Shown here: positions 13,080 through 26,199 of the stretch, one piece after another
How positions within the stretch are numbered: position 1 is the stretch's first letter
Layout of the letters: each line of letters starts with the position of its first letter
NCBI RefSeq assembly: GCF_001194135.2
Contig: NC_068986.1
Span: 44,430,213 to 44,494,212, forward strand
DNA: 64,000 nt
Direction: 5' to 3'
Source: Octopus bimaculoides
Taxonomy: Eukaryota
Translations under genes and position numbers: made by a program
Notes under the pieces: generated by a model
What the model was told of the DNA's origin: nothing
Seen by the model: only the letters and a program-made list of their open reading frames with translations
Databases searched by the model: none

Positions 13080-13187
13080 AAGACCTGAAGAGTGTCCTCA
13101 TTATGAGTGGTATTTATCTTGATCGATTCATTGTAGATTGACCAGATCCTTTCCACTTTTATGTGGCCATGAAATGCGTGTAGTCTT
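13080..13187 (+). ncRNA. Type I hammerhead ribozyme fold in Penelope-LTR-like AT-rich segment (~12800-13380)
   Basis: Stem I AAGAC 13080-13084 / GTCTT 13183-13187; CTGAAGA 13085-13091; long imperfect stem II GTGTCC..GAGTGG / CCACTT..GGCCAT; GAAA 13171-13174; TGCGT then GTA triplet 13180-13182. Confidence 0.7.
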
Positions 13188-14169
13188 TTATTCACTTTCG
13201 TTTTTATAAATTTACTAAACGGATTAAAATTTTTAGTCTAATATTTTATAGATTTTATGGATTACAAATTTTCTCTTGGATTTTTAGATTTTTAAAATTA
13301 GTATTTTGTATAGTATGCTTTTCTAGATAGTGTCTGATCTCCTTCATTGTTTGAGTTGCACCGTGGTGGTTCTTCTCTAAATTATTAATATATATGTGTA
13401 TGTGTGTGTGTGTGTGCGTGTCTTTGATTGTCCCTCACTACTGATTGACATCCAATGTTGTTTGTTTATGTCCCTGTAACCTAGCAATTCAGCACAAAAG
13501 AGACCTACAGAATAAATACCAGTCTTTAAAAAATAAGTACAGGAATCAATTTATTTGACTAAAATCCTTCAAGGCATTGCCTCAGCATGGCCACAGTTCA
13601 ATGACTGAAACAAGTAAAAGATGAAAGATGGATGATAAAATATGGATATTTTTCTTTTTCTGGAATTATGTGTCAAACAATATTTGACAACTGGAAAATA
13701 AAATGCTGGGCTTGGATGCAAGGCAGAGTTCTGGATTTAACTTGAAAGAATGCTAGAGTTTATAACCAGGATATCATCATAGCTACTACTTTTGTTACAA
13801 AGGGAGACACCAAGTAGGAAGATAAGACATTTTGGCACAAGTGTTTTGGCACTACCTATATGGCATCATTGATTCGACTGGCTTATTTGACATCAAACAT
13901 TTTAATGTTTCTTTAATTCTGTCTATTTGTCTCTCTCTGTGAGCATATGATTATGTTTATATGCATGTGTAATGTCTTTCTTTCTTTCTTCCATTCTCTT
14001 TCTCCCTGCCTGCCTACCAACTTATCTATCTATCTACCTATCTATCTATCTATCTACGTGTGTGTGTGTGTGACCACACTAGCCAGATTGATTACATTTT
14101 TATCAGAAAGTGAGATACATGGTCGCTCATAAATGCAAAGACCTTCCCTGGTAAAGAATGTACACCCCA

Positions 14170-15975
14170 CCCCACACATAGATTGGTTATCAGTAACTTT
14201 TGACTTCAGGCTAAGATTCCAAGAAGCAGACTGATCTGGAAGAAAGATTTGGGAGCTTAACTATCCTTTAAATTGTCTGAGATTTAGGGACATCCTAATT
14301 GACAAATTTAGTAAGAAGGAAGAGGAACTACAGTCTTGTAACATAGAGGGCAATTGAGAGCTCCAGTGGGACAGCTTGCTGAATGCCATAGACCAAATCT
14401 GTGGCTGGTACAAAGTCCCAACCAGACCTAGGGTGACATGGTGGTGGAACAATGTTGTAGACAAGGTGGTTAGAGCAAAACACCAGGCATAGAAGGACTG
14501 GAAGAATGGTGGGAGCAGAAAACTATATCAGGTAGCTAGGACGGAGGCTAGAAGACAGGTATACTTAGCCAGGGGAGAAGCAGAAAGGAGGAATGTCAAT
14601 GCTCAGCAACATGAGGACCGGAGGCTTGAAGTGTTTTGGATTGCAAGGCAGTGTGTCAGAGAAAATAGTGATGTGGTAGGAGAGAAATACGTTTGCATGG
14701 ATTATGGCTCACTTGCAGTTAGTGATTCTGCAAATGAGGAGGCTTGGAGGTGCCACTATGAAAGGTTGCTAAATGTAGAGAATGCAAGGGAAGAGAGCCT
14801 GCTAATGAGTATCCAACAGAGGGGTTGGCTATCTGAATCAACGGTAGCTTAGTAGATAAAGCAATTAAAGATATAAAGACAGGGAAAGCCTCTGGTCCAT
14901 CAGGAATCACAGCTGAGATGGTTAAAATATCTGGTGGTGTGGAATATGACCTGGTCACCCATATAGTTAATCAGGTTGTCCACAAGGAAGTCATACCAAT
15001 TGATTGGTGTTGGCAGCATTATAGTCAACTGCTACAAAGGCAAGGGTGATGTCCTAGACAGAAATAATTACAGAGGCTCAACCAGGTGATGAAAGTTGCT
15101 GAAAGGGTCATAGCTCAATTAATTAGGAAAAGAGCATAGATGAGGTTCAGTTTGGATTTGTGCCACGGAAAAGCACCACCTGGTGAGGTAACTGCAGGAA
15201 AAATACTTGGCCAAAGATAAACCACTGTATCCAGCTTTTGTGGACATGGAGAAAGCATTTGACAGGGTCTCCCTGCTCTCTTTTCTGGTGGGCAGTGCAA
15301 AAACTAAGGATAGATGAGTGGTTGATGAGAGCTGTACAAGTCATGTACAGGGATGATAGTAAGGTGAGAGTCACCAATGAGTATAGCAAGGAGTTTAGTG
15401 TAAAAGTAGGAGTCCACTAGGGATCGTTTCTTAGCCTCCTCTCGTTTATCACAGTCCTCCAAGCTATAACCAAGGAATTTTAGACTGGCTGCCCTTGGGA
15501 TGACCTTGTTCTTATTGCTGAATCACTACCAGAACTAGAGAAGAAATTTCAGGTATGGAAGCATGGACAGGAATCGGAGGGCCTTAGAGTTAATTTAGCA
15601 AAGACCAGAAGGATCCTTAGAAGTAGTAGACAGTTACCATTACTTAGGTGACCAAGTTAGTAGTGGAGGAGGTTGTTCCAAAAGCATAGTTGCTAGTATA
15701 AGAATCAGCTGGGTGAAGTTCAAAGAGCTACTATCTTTGTTAGTAATGAAGGGCTCTCCTTCAAAGTGAAAGACAGATTGTGTGATGCCTGTGTATGAAC
15801 AGCTATGCTACATGGCAGTGAGACATGAGCTGGGACTACTGAGGATATGCATGGGCTTGAAAGAAATGAACCAGTATGCTCTGCTGGACGGGTAATGTTG
15901 GTGTGCATATATGACAGAGTGTAAATGATTTGAAAGAAAAACTGAGTATATGAGGCATCAGATGATGATGATGAT
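14170..15975 (+). mobile_element. RTE-clade LINE, truncated, with many stops and frameshifts
   Basis: Readable peptides RVTWWWNNVVD, KTGKASGPSGITAEMVK, NCYKGKGDVLDRNNYRG, FVDMEKAFDRV, VKVGVH*GS, LHGSET; ends in a (GAT)n tail. Confidence 0.92.
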
Positions 15976-16325
15976 ACATTTATGTGTGTGTGTATAGATA
16001 TATATATTACTGTGCATATGTTTACCTCCAGTGCAAAGATGTGCTGTCACATTTTGAATGTCTTGTCAGTTGTGCCAAATTGCCAGCATTTAAACAGCCA
16101 CACCTGATTGCCTCATTCTGCAAGTAGGAAGCTATTTCAGCAGCTGCTTCTCAGAAGGTTTATTTATTTATTTTTCTTTTCTACTAGACAGGAGTAGACT
16201 TGTCTCCAGAAAATGTTTCACAAAAAATATGTCATGACAGCAAAAAAAGCTTTTATGAAAGAAGAAACACCTAAGTAAGTCAGCCTATAGGCCTACATAG
16301 CTTTGTTTTATATTTTTACATTCTT

Positions 16326-18283
16326 AAGGTAGTCTCAGGTAAAAGTCACACACAGCATTCTGTATTATACTACAACAGTGTTATTTGTTCATAGAAAAGT
16401 ACCAAAGAATGCAAATACACAATGTAGTGTAAGAAACAGCTTCAAAACTTACATAAAATTTTATTGTAAACTGGTGCTTGGCAGTGGATCTGCGATGTCA
16501 TTTGCTGAGGCAACAGTTGTGGTAGATGGAGTTAGTTTTTTGATAAATATGGTAAGCTTTGTCTGAATTGTTTGTTTCTTTTTCTCTTCATGAATTTCAT
16601 AATATGAATGAAACACATCGTGTGCCATTCATTTAATCCTTGCAAATATCGTTCAATGTTTGGGTCCATTGCTTCAAAGTGTGCAAGAAGTTTATTCAGT
16701 CGAAATAAACCCTCTGATAATCCTTTTGTAGTAAAACTCTTTTCTGGCACCTCCTCTTCTTTTTCCAATTCAATAAGTTCTTTGAATTTTTGGTCTAGCA
16801 AATCTTTGATATTTTCCACTTCACACTCCAAAGAAAGATCTTTAGCCAGTTTTACTATTTTCCTGTGAATCATTTCAAGTTCAACAAGGCATTTTCCAAC
16901 ACAATTTTTCCAGTCGCCTTTCATGCATTTCTTTGTCACAGCTTTCTTGATATTCTTGATAAATGTCAGAATATTGTGCTTTATCCAAAATTCTCGCAGT
17001 GATAGTTCTTGGTTGGTGGCTATGGCTTGAGCGAAGGTGGCTTGAAGATAGCCGACAGTGTAGCAATCGAACCTTGATCCATTGGCTGGATGAGTGGAAT
17101 CGTGTTCAAAGGAGGAACGAAGATCCGATAGATGTCCAGGCGCATTATAATCTTCAAAGGAATTCCTCTCTCCAAACAATATCCACAAACTTGAGGAATA
17201 AAACAATTCAGAAACCAGTCTTCAAACAGTCCTCATGTCATCCATGCTTTAGATCGAGAACGAAAGTAGATGGGTAATGTTTGCTTATCTACATTCTTGA
17301 ATGCATGCGAGTTTTCTGAGTGGTAAATTAAGAAAGGTTTTATCTTAGACCCTACAATGTTCCTGCAAGCAGCAGAGTCAGCCTGTCCTTAAATGCTTTA
17401 AATCCAGGCATGCATTTGGCTTCTCTGTTGATGTAAGCGCATGCATTTCCAAAAAATCTGCTCTGCTAGATAGCCTTCATCTGTAATTATTTCGTTCAAA
17501 TAGCTAACAAATTTACCAGCTACTTCCTCATCTGCACTTGCCGCTTCTCCAGTCACTAACATTATGAATCTGGAATCTTTCTTTAAATCTTTTGAACCAG
17601 TACTTGTTAAAAATTTTTGACTGTATTCTTCTTCGGAACACTCCTTTACAGTCAGAAATAGACTTCTGGCCTTCGACTGTACACTAAAAAGACTTAACGA
17701 TGTCCGTTTTTGGATCTGATCTTCAATCCAAATTTGAAGCAATTTTTCCATTTTGTGGATGGGCCTAGTCTGCTGCTTTATTCTAACTGTAAATTGTATG
17801 GGTCCTTTCTTTATCCTTCAAAATTGTTGAAACAGTAGAGTGTGATAATTTCAATTTATGGGTGATCTCATTCACTTTCTTTCCTCATTCATATTGTCTA
17901 ATCACCATCATTTTTGTGTCAAGGTCAATGGCCTTTCTTTGCTTCTTGAAAGTTTGAGGAGCAGATGAAAATAATTTCTTCTTTGTAGACATTTTAGGGT
18001 ATATTGTTCGAAAAACTATCAGACAAAATACAGAGTCACGCCTGGTGTTAGTCAAAAATTTCGGAATCTCAAGCAGTCATCTTATAAACAAATATGAGGT
18101 TGCCTCGATGTCTTGGGATAACCAGTGGCGATCAATAACCAAACCTAGGTTAAGCATTTGTTAGCTGACATCATCTGTAGACGGGTTAATTTCTATGAAA
18201 TTAAACCCATTAGACTTCAACTGGATTATTATTATTGCTGCCCCAATCATCGTAAAGTTAATTGGTCATAAGTTGACGACCTG
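16326..18283 (-). mobile_element. Tigger/pogo (CENP-B/TIGD-like) DNA transposon, defective
   Basis: HTH KQRKAIDLDTKMMVIRQYE..LSHSTVSTILKDKER (17800-17990); CENP-B-type HTH MEKLLQIWIEDQIQKR..KARSLF (17398-17751); DDE region NAPGH...LREFWIKHNIL (16532-17206); TA-caggtcgtcaacttatga TIR ending at 18283; left end approximate. Confidence 0.9.
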
Positions 18284-18619
18284 TATATACATATCATGAG
18301 CAGCAGCAGAGTTTTAATGTATTCACTTGGGTTGGATGGAATTTGTTGAGGTAGATTCTCTGCAGCCAGATACCTTTTTCACCTGTTCCCAAATAAAGTA
18401 ATGTAACTTTGTTGTTAGCCACTTTTTCTTCAGTTTGTGTTATACGTTTCCCATCAAAAGAATTTCATACACAACCTAGAATGTATGAAATTGAACATGT
18501 TAAAATTGCCTATGGGATACAAGATGTTCAATGTTGCAGTAGGATCACAGCTAGAAGCTGAATGTCCATCTGCCAATTATTCCTGTGAAGGTGACATGGA
18601 TTGAGTCCTCAAACACCTT

Positions 18620-18860
18620 TTCCATAGAGCCCTATTAGAAACCACTATAATTAGACTTTCCAGCTGGGTTCCCAAGCATGCCCAACTGAGACTATGGCTA
18701 TTATCCAAACATCTCACTCGTGCTACTCCTAGGTCTCCTGTTGGCTTGACTTCAAGAAACCATTTTGTGATTCTTTTCTGTGATGTTCTAATTGCATATC
18801 TGCTGTACTTGAGCTTTGACCTTTCAAAGTAGTGTGTGATGCCTGAGGAGACTTCCTGAT
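18620..18860 (-). mobile_element. LINE (RTE-like) C-terminal relic
   Basis: Minus-frame LKYSRYAIR..KWFLEVKPTGDLGVARVRCLD...VSNRALWKRCL resembles RTE-type G.R..GRPR.RW.D...DR..WR. Confidence 0.45.
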
Positions 18861-19316
18861 CTCCAAGCTGAATGTTAAGAACCAGTATGACTGGTCACTA
18901 AAAGGAGCAAACAAAATATTTGAAATAAAAGTCTGTCCAGTACTTTATTGACCCTGGAGAAATGAAAGGCAAAGTCAAATTCAGTATGATCTGAACTCAG
19001 AACATAAAGGTGTGGAAGACATACCACAGAGCATTTTCTACACATTCTAACAATTCTGCCAGCAATACACATACATAAGGAGTCTTTCGTATTTTTCATG
19101 TTTATATTTTGTATGTGAATATATTGTCACCACCATCTTATTATCTACGGAATGTTTAGCACACTAAGTGAAATTTTGTCCATCTTTACATTCTGAGTTC
19201 AGTTTTGCCTTCCATCGTTTCAGGATTGATAAAATAAGTACCAGTACTTTCTAGGTAGACTTTTGTGCTACTATCCAAAGAACTAGATATTGTCTTGTTA
19301 CTAACTTCACTTATAA

Positions 19317-19810
19317 GGTACCAAAGAGCCTAAATAACAGAGCAATATGTCTATGTTGTGTAATAACCAAAGCAAAATTATCCACAACCAAGCAAGAGTT
19401 ATGTATAACTATTGTACTGTGTGTGCAAGGTATTTTTTCATTCAGGCTGTGCAACCATTGAGAGGATTGATATTTTTTGTATTTCATCAACAAAAACTGG
19501 ACATTTTATGTGGCAAACATTCTCAGAGAATTTAATAAATTCAGAAATGCTCAGATCTAACATTGTGCAAGGAAACTATGAAGTGTAGTAATTATGATAT
19601 GTGGACATCAAATGATAAAAGCATCATTATTTCAATCACGAGGTACAATATTCAGAAATGAAGCATGTCAAACTGCAAAAACCAGTTTGTAGTGATATTC
19701 ATCAACATTGTTTTAATAAGCATTTTCCCATGCTTATATGGACCTGACTGAAATGATTTCGAGGGTGGCTAAGTCTATGGTACCAAAGAGCCTAAATAAC
19801 AGAGCAATAT
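19317..19810. repeat. Perfect 32-bp direct repeat (19317-19348 and 19779-19810)
   Basis: ggtaccaaagagcctaaataacagagcaatat occurs twice, 462 bp apart. Confidence 0.9.
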
Positions 19811-19968
19811 CGATATCTACTGTACTCATTCACTTATGGAATGGTTCATTTCACCCGATTTTGAGGTATCCAACACACTACGTCTTAAGGAAACTTTCCC
19901 TGGACAAGATACCACAGCCTGAAAGCATTTAAACAAAACACATACATTACAGTCTTATATTTTCATAT

Positions 19969-19974
19969 TTTATT
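19969..19974 (-). terminator. Polyadenylation signal AATAAA of RPL36
   Basis: tttatt on the plus strand, ~18 nt after the stop codon; short 3' UTR is typical of ribosomal-protein mRNAs. Confidence 0.7.
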
Positions 19975-19992
19975 CCACTTTTTTTTATAGAA

Positions 19993-20106
19993 TTATTTAT
20001 GTGATGATGCTGCTGCGGCTGCTGCTTGTTGCTGTGCTTTTCTCATTTTCTGCAACATAATTTGCATTTCTTCACGTTTGGCTTTGGCACGTAAATGTGT
20101 TCCAAG
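19993..20106 (-). CDS. RPL36: 60S ribosomal protein L36, coding exon 3 (last)
   Basis: tttctgatttcag acceptor, phase 0; LGTHLRAKAKREEMQIMLQKMRKAQQQAAAAAASSHK*; matches the eL36 GTH.RAK.KREE motif. Confidence 0.95.
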   Translation of the reverse strand, partial: LGTHLRAKAKREEMQIMLQKMRKAQQQAAAAAASSHK

Positions 20107-21129
20107 CTGAAATCAGAAAGTAAATAGCAATAAAAAAACTGTGTGTTAACTCAGTCTAACAGAAAATACAATGGGGTCTAAAAACACTCCATTACTTGAT
20201 ACTAACCCACCTAAGACTGCCCCTAGTTCTATGATATAAGCTTCTAGTTTTAATGAGATTTAAATTAAAATCTATCAAAATTTCATGTTAACTTATGTTC
20301 CAGACACCAGCTTAAAAATGACGAAGTTATTTTGACAAATTCTTCACTAGTTTAAAAATGAACTGAAACAAAAGCAGTTGATTTCAACAGAAATATGGTA
20401 GCAAAGGGGTTAAAAGCAGAAATAGCAGTAGTGGACTAATTGCCTTCTGCTATTTAGTTATACTTCTGTACATAAATTGTAAATATCCAAGTTGATTAGA
20501 TTAATCATACTCACTCTCTAAACAATGCAGCTTAGTAACAGTGTTAGAGAAATATGGCACATTCAATTGCTCAAACTTTGCAGACATCATATTGAGTCAT
20601 ATTAAAATAAGATGGTAGATGGAAATTGAGGATACAGTCCAACCCATGCTAGCATGGAAAGCGGACTTTAAACGATGATGATGATATCAATATCTGTGTA
20701 TTTTTTGCCTATGTATAGCACTTCAAAATCAATAAACTGGAGCATTTGCACAAAAATATAATTAGAAATGTAAACTGAATTTGCTCATCAGAAAATTTTG
20801 AACCAATGATTTTATCATCACCATTTAGCATCCACTGTCCATGCTGGCATGGGTAGGACGGTTTGATTAGGGCTGGCCAGCGGGAAGGCTGCATAGCCTT
20901 CCTAACACCAACCACTCGGTGAGCGTAATGGATGTCTTTACATGCCATTTATGTGATACCGATATCTGTCACGACCGCAATTTTACTTGGCTTGACAGAA
21001 TACAAAAGGTCTCAGTCATTGCCTCTGTTAGGCCCAAAGTTTGAAGATAATGCTTCACCATCTCATCCCACATGTTCCCTCCACAATAAGTTCATAAAAT
21101 AATCATAGGTTTCATATTGTGTAGATTAA

Positions 21130-22576
21130 CCCTTTCATTACCAAACCGCCTGAAAAAAATTTTGGTTCATGTGACCAAGCCGCCCAAAATCACCTATTCA
21201 TATTTAAATGAGAATATCTGAGCAAATCTCGTTAGTACATTCGTGAAAACACGTGATTATTTGTGTAAACAGTTCAGCAATAGTTTTGTACGACGATCAA
21301 CGTGTTTTTTTAATTTTGTGAATTTTGGNNNNNNNNNNNNNNNNNNNNNNNNNNNNNNNNNNNNNNNNNNNNNNNNNNNNNNNNNNNNNNNNNNNNNNNN
21401 NNNNNNNNNNNNNNNNNNNNNNNNNNNNNNNNNNNNNNNNNNNNNNNNNNNNNNNNNNNNNNNNNNNNNNNNNNNNNNNNNNNNNNNNNNNNNNNNNNNN
21501 NNNNNNNNNNNNNNNNNNNNNNNNNNNNNNNNNNNNNNNNNNNNNNNNNNNNNNNNNNNNNNNNNNNNNNNNNNNNNNNNNNNNNNNNNNNNNNNNNNNN
21601 NNNNNNNNNNNNNNNNNNNNNNNNNNNNNNNNNNNNNNNNNNNNNNNNNNNNNNNNNNNNNNNNNNNNNNNNNNNNNNNNNNNNNNNNNNNNNNNNNNNN
21701 NNNNNNNNNNNNNNNNNNNNNNNNNNNNNNNNNNNNNNNNNNNNNNNNNNNNNNNNNNNNNNNNNNNNNNNNNNNNNNNNNNNNNNNNNNNNNNNNNNNN
21801 NNNNNNNNNNNNNNNNNNNNNNNNNNNNNNNNNNNNNNNNNNNNNNNNNNNNNNNNNNNNNNNNNNNNNNNNNNNNNNNNNNNNNNNNNNNNNNNNNNNN
21901 NNNNNNNNNNNNNNNNNNNNNNNNNNNNNNNNNNNNNNNNNNNNNNNNNNNNNNNNNNNNNNNNNNNNNNNNNNNNNNNNNNNNNNNNNNNNNNNNNNNN
22001 NNNNNNNNNNNNNNNNNNNNNNNNNNATAAGACCCCTCATTGACTGTGTTCAAAGCACATATAAAACAGTTTATAGATAAGGATATGATGGGCTATAAAG
22101 GCCGAGTGCGTTTTCAACAGTATATGCCAGGAAAGCGCACAAAATGGGGGATCAAAGTTTGGAAAAGATTTGTGAATCAAATACTGGGTACTGCTCTGGA
22201 TTTTAATTTTATACTGGCAAAAGAGACTAATAAATCCAGTAATGTGCACAACTCTTCTATAATAATATTTTGTTGTATACCCAATTGAATATTAGCTAAT
22301 AACCCATTTTCTATAGCGATGTTTGAACAAAAATTTAAATAATTTTATATTTTGTTGAATTTACCTGTATTTACCTGTAATTAAAGTCACTTTGTGACAA
22401 AAATTTTGGTATAGAATTGGTTGATAACCTTTCGTTAATTTATCTTAAAAATCACATTAATATGTTGATAAATAAAAAAGTTGTTTAATGAAACTAGCCT
22501 AAATTTATGATTATGTTAGAAATTAATTGAAACACATAAGGGGTGTAATTTGGTTAGAAATATGGTAACGAAAGGG
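21130..22576 (+). mobile_element. piggyBac element (internally deleted and gapped) in the last RPL36 intron
   Basis: TTAA-ccctttcattacc ... ggtaacgaaaggg-TTAA termini; PGBD-like peptides IRPLID and MMGYKGRVRFQQYMPGKRTKWGIKVWK at 22028-22170. Confidence 0.88.
21329..22027. other. Assembly gap (N run)
   Basis: Direct reading; ORF-track entries spanning it are artefacts. Confidence 1.
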
Positions 22577-22783
22577 TTAAATATGTGGCTAAGCTCATGT
22601 ATTTCTCTTTGACCACCTAATCAATGCTCAAAGCATGTTTGCTTTTTGGATTTCAGAAAATTAAGCTACTATTTCAAATATCTGTATTAATATTTGCTAA
22701 AGTCAAGGTTTCTAAAAATTTGTAAATTGAATCTAGGAAGTCATCATTGACATTAAAACAAAATTAAAAATGCATCAACTCAC

Positions 22784-22918
22784 CCTTTTCTTACAGAATT
22801 TTAGAGCTCTTTTGTCTTTTGAAATTCTCAACAATTCTTGACATCTTTTTTCATATGGAGAGAATCCCACAACTTCACGGACAAGATCTCTGACAAATTT
22901 CATGTGCTTAGATGACCT
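22784..22918 (-). CDS. RPL36: 60S ribosomal protein L36, coding exon 2
   Basis: cttttcag acceptor, gtgagt donor, 135 nt; [45 protein letters not shown]. Confidence 0.97.
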
Positions 22919-24609
22919 CTGAAAAGATAACAAGATCTTCATATAACGAGAAATAGAAACACACATTTGCATTTACTTTATGGCACAGCCAGGAAAACAC
23001 AGTTATGCACATGTAATGGTTAGCATCAAGGACCAGATAGTTATGCATATGATAAAGTGTGATAAATTGCTCTTTTACTCCTTATAATGGATCAAAATAA
23101 TTTCAATTTACTGACCCATCCTCCACGAGCCCTGTGCCAGTGTCATGTAAAATACACTCAGTATACCGTGAAGTGATTGACATTGGAAAGGGCATCCAGC
23201 TATAGAAACCATGCTCCAAAAACAATTGGAGCCTAGATTTCCTGCCTGCCAGCCCTGGTCAAATCATCCAACCCATGCCAGCACAGAAAACAGATATAAG
23301 TGATGATGATCGTGTTACAGCTATTAAAAAATTCTTTTTTGCTCGGGTCAAACACTAGAGCTGAAAGGTCATGGTCTGACGATGTGAATTTTCCGAGTCC
23401 TCTCCCTGAACCCCTGTTCGCAAGCACACATTTTTTCCCCCATATTTGTTTACAGCAAGTTGTTTTACACTATTTTTATTTTCCTTTTTTTTTTTGGCTG
23501 TGATGAGACGACTTGGAACATTCATACTGCAAACTCCGAGTCCTCTTCCCCACCCCCATTCGTGAATGCACATTTTTTTTTCATATTCGTTAACAGTTTT
23601 ACACCTATTACACTATTGTTTTTTGCTCAGGTCAAACCCTTTAGTTTGACCCTTGTATTTAGCAATTATCTAAATAATTACCATCTAAATCAACCTATTA
23701 ACTTGTACACAAATTTTAAAATATATTCATAGGAATTGATTTACCATTTCCTGAGTTAATTTATTTGACAAAATAGCTTTTTCCCCCTAGTTATTACATC
23801 ATACTTCATGCTTGCGTTATGTTAGTAAATATACAAATAAGAAAATCAATATAGCAAAGTACAGGTGAAATTAAACTTTTAGGTACTTTGGGACTAATTG
23901 TACAATTCTTGACAATTCAATCGGAGCTAAATTTTGACATTGGAAAAAAAAATCCAATTTGCAATAGAAATGCACTTAGTTTCAGTATATACACTCTTTT
24001 GAAGTATATGCATTGTTTCTGATAAAAGCCATTCACGAAACTCTGCCCTAGAGTATTTTTGCTAACATTCTGTCAAAAATAACAGATTATATATACTCAT
24101 GTATAAAGCCCCATTTCTTTTGTTTGTTCTACCCAATTTATAGAGTATTTCTGAAAATTTTACTTTCAAGACCCTGGCAATATGAGTTTCTCGTGAAAAC
24201 CTACCATCATAGAAAAACCGACTTTTGAAAACACCGCATGGGTATATTGTGTGTGTGTCCCATACTCACATTATCCAACCCCCTACAATTTTACCCAATC
24301 TTTACAAATGTAGCTTACCTACCTTCCACTTCTCTTATCTCCCCAGCCACACAGCTCCTCTACAACAGAATCTGCTCCATCATAATCTCTACCCTCAACA
24401 TCCACCTAACATAAAACTTCAGCACCCCCTCTTTGGGCTTGTAGATTTGTGACCTACAAGGCGGCCTAATAGTGCTAGTGACACCAATATATATATAAAA
24501 ATGCACCCAGTATACACTGCAAAGTGGTTGATACTAGGAAGGGCACCCAGACATGAGAACCTTGTCAAATCAGCCAACATGGACATTATATGACAATGAT
24601 AATGAAACA

Positions 24610-25080
24610 AGTTGTTTTATTCTTTTATTTGTTTCAGGCCATGCTGGGGCACTGCCTTGAATTTTTAGTTGAATGGATTGACCCCATCTCCGTACTTATT
24701 CTATCAGTCTCTTTTGCCAAACTGCCGGTTATCAGGTGGTGGTTAAGGGACAAACACATATTTATACATATACGACAGACTTCTTTCAGTTTCTTATTTC
24801 TTTATTGCCCACAAGGGGCTAAACATAGACGGGACAAACAAAGGGATTAAGTCCATTACATCGACCCAGTGTGTAACTGGTACTTAATTTATCGACCCCG
24901 AAAGGATGAAAGACAAAGTCGACCTCGGTGGAATTTGAACTCAGAATGTAACGGCAGACGAAATACCGCTAAGCATTTCTTCTGTCTACCAAATCCACTC
25001 ACAAGGCGCCCCACAGTGGGACGGACTCCAAAACCATGTGGTTGGGAAGCTAGCTTGTTTCTACACAGCCATGCCTGTGT
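24610..25080 (-). mobile_element. Composite tRNA-derived SINE copies in RPL36 intron
   Basis: gtcgacctcggtggaatttgaactcagaatgtaacggcagacgaaataccgctaagcat and aaatccactcacaagg...aaaccatgtggttgggaagc, shared with many copies in the window. Confidence 0.8.
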
Positions 25081-26199
25081 CTTATCAAATTTCACTTGAA
25101 TTGCATCATGAAATAAATATCTAAATACGAGTTTAGCAACTGTTTTATTTTTCCTGGACAGAATGGATTGTGGTGGATGCAAAGAACCAGTATATCATTA
25201 ATAATTGTCTTTTACTGATGCACACTATATACAACACAGTTAATGTGCTATGTAAAAATAATCAAAGAATAGAATGCTTTATAAGGCTGCAGGGCCTGAA
25301 TATTTTTTTTTACAAGAGTTTAGCTTTAAAACTGGTGGGATAGCTTAACTGCCTAAGTTAACAGTCATTTTTGTTTTGTGACCAACGGAAAAAATGTTTT
25401 CTTTCAATTATTTTTTGCCTGTAGTTTCTGATTCCTATTTTACCTGACTAGATCCTCATAACCATCCCTGGTTTAAAAAATCCTATTGCATTTTTATAAT
25501 TATTATTATTAGGAATCATATTTAAAAATTATTTAAATATTTTGTGTATTGCAGGAATAACAAATTTATTGCACATAATCTTTTACAACAAAATCCAACC
25601 TGGACCTCCAAGGGTTGTATGGACCCCTGTTGAGAACCAATTGTAATGATCAGGCACAAGCGTGGTTGTGTGTGAAGAAACTTCCTTCTCAACCATATCA
25701 CATTGGACAAGTGTCTTCTACTATAGCCTCGGACCGACCTTGTGGTTGGATTTGGTAGACGGAAACTGAAAGAAGCCTGTCGTACATACATACATATCCC
25801 AACACCGTTTCACAGCAGGTGGTGCTTACGTCCTTGTAATTTAGCAGTTCGGCAAAATAGACCGACAGAATAAGTATCAGCCTTTTAAAAAAAGGTTCTG
25901 GAGTCCATTCATTCGACTAAAAGTTCAAGGCGGTGCCCTAGCATGGCTGCAGTCTAAGGACTAAGGATACACGTTCTACAGACTTCACACAGAATAATCA
26001 AATGCTAGTTTAAATGGGGTATTTAATTTGATTCAAAACAAAAATTAATGACGATAATACGTCTTAATTGCTAGCCAAAATAGGTGCATTTCGCCGACGG
26101 CCAAACAGTGATAGGTGCTTGTTGGCGAAGCGAAACGAGCACAATACACAAGGATCACTGCAACGCTACATGCTCGAATTCTGAAATCGTGCAGCAAAT

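Noticed and set aside
20788-20821. GTGATGA...CTGA C/D-like pair
   Set aside because: The C box is the (GAT)n tail of an adjacent RTE fragment and the spacing is too short
22653-22747. Possible C/D snoRNA in the last RPL36 intron (ATGATGA...CTGA, 95 nt, sense strand)
   Set aside because: No terminal stem, no clear C'/D' boxes, very AT-rich, and no rRNA complementarity I could recognise; a snoscan run could revive it
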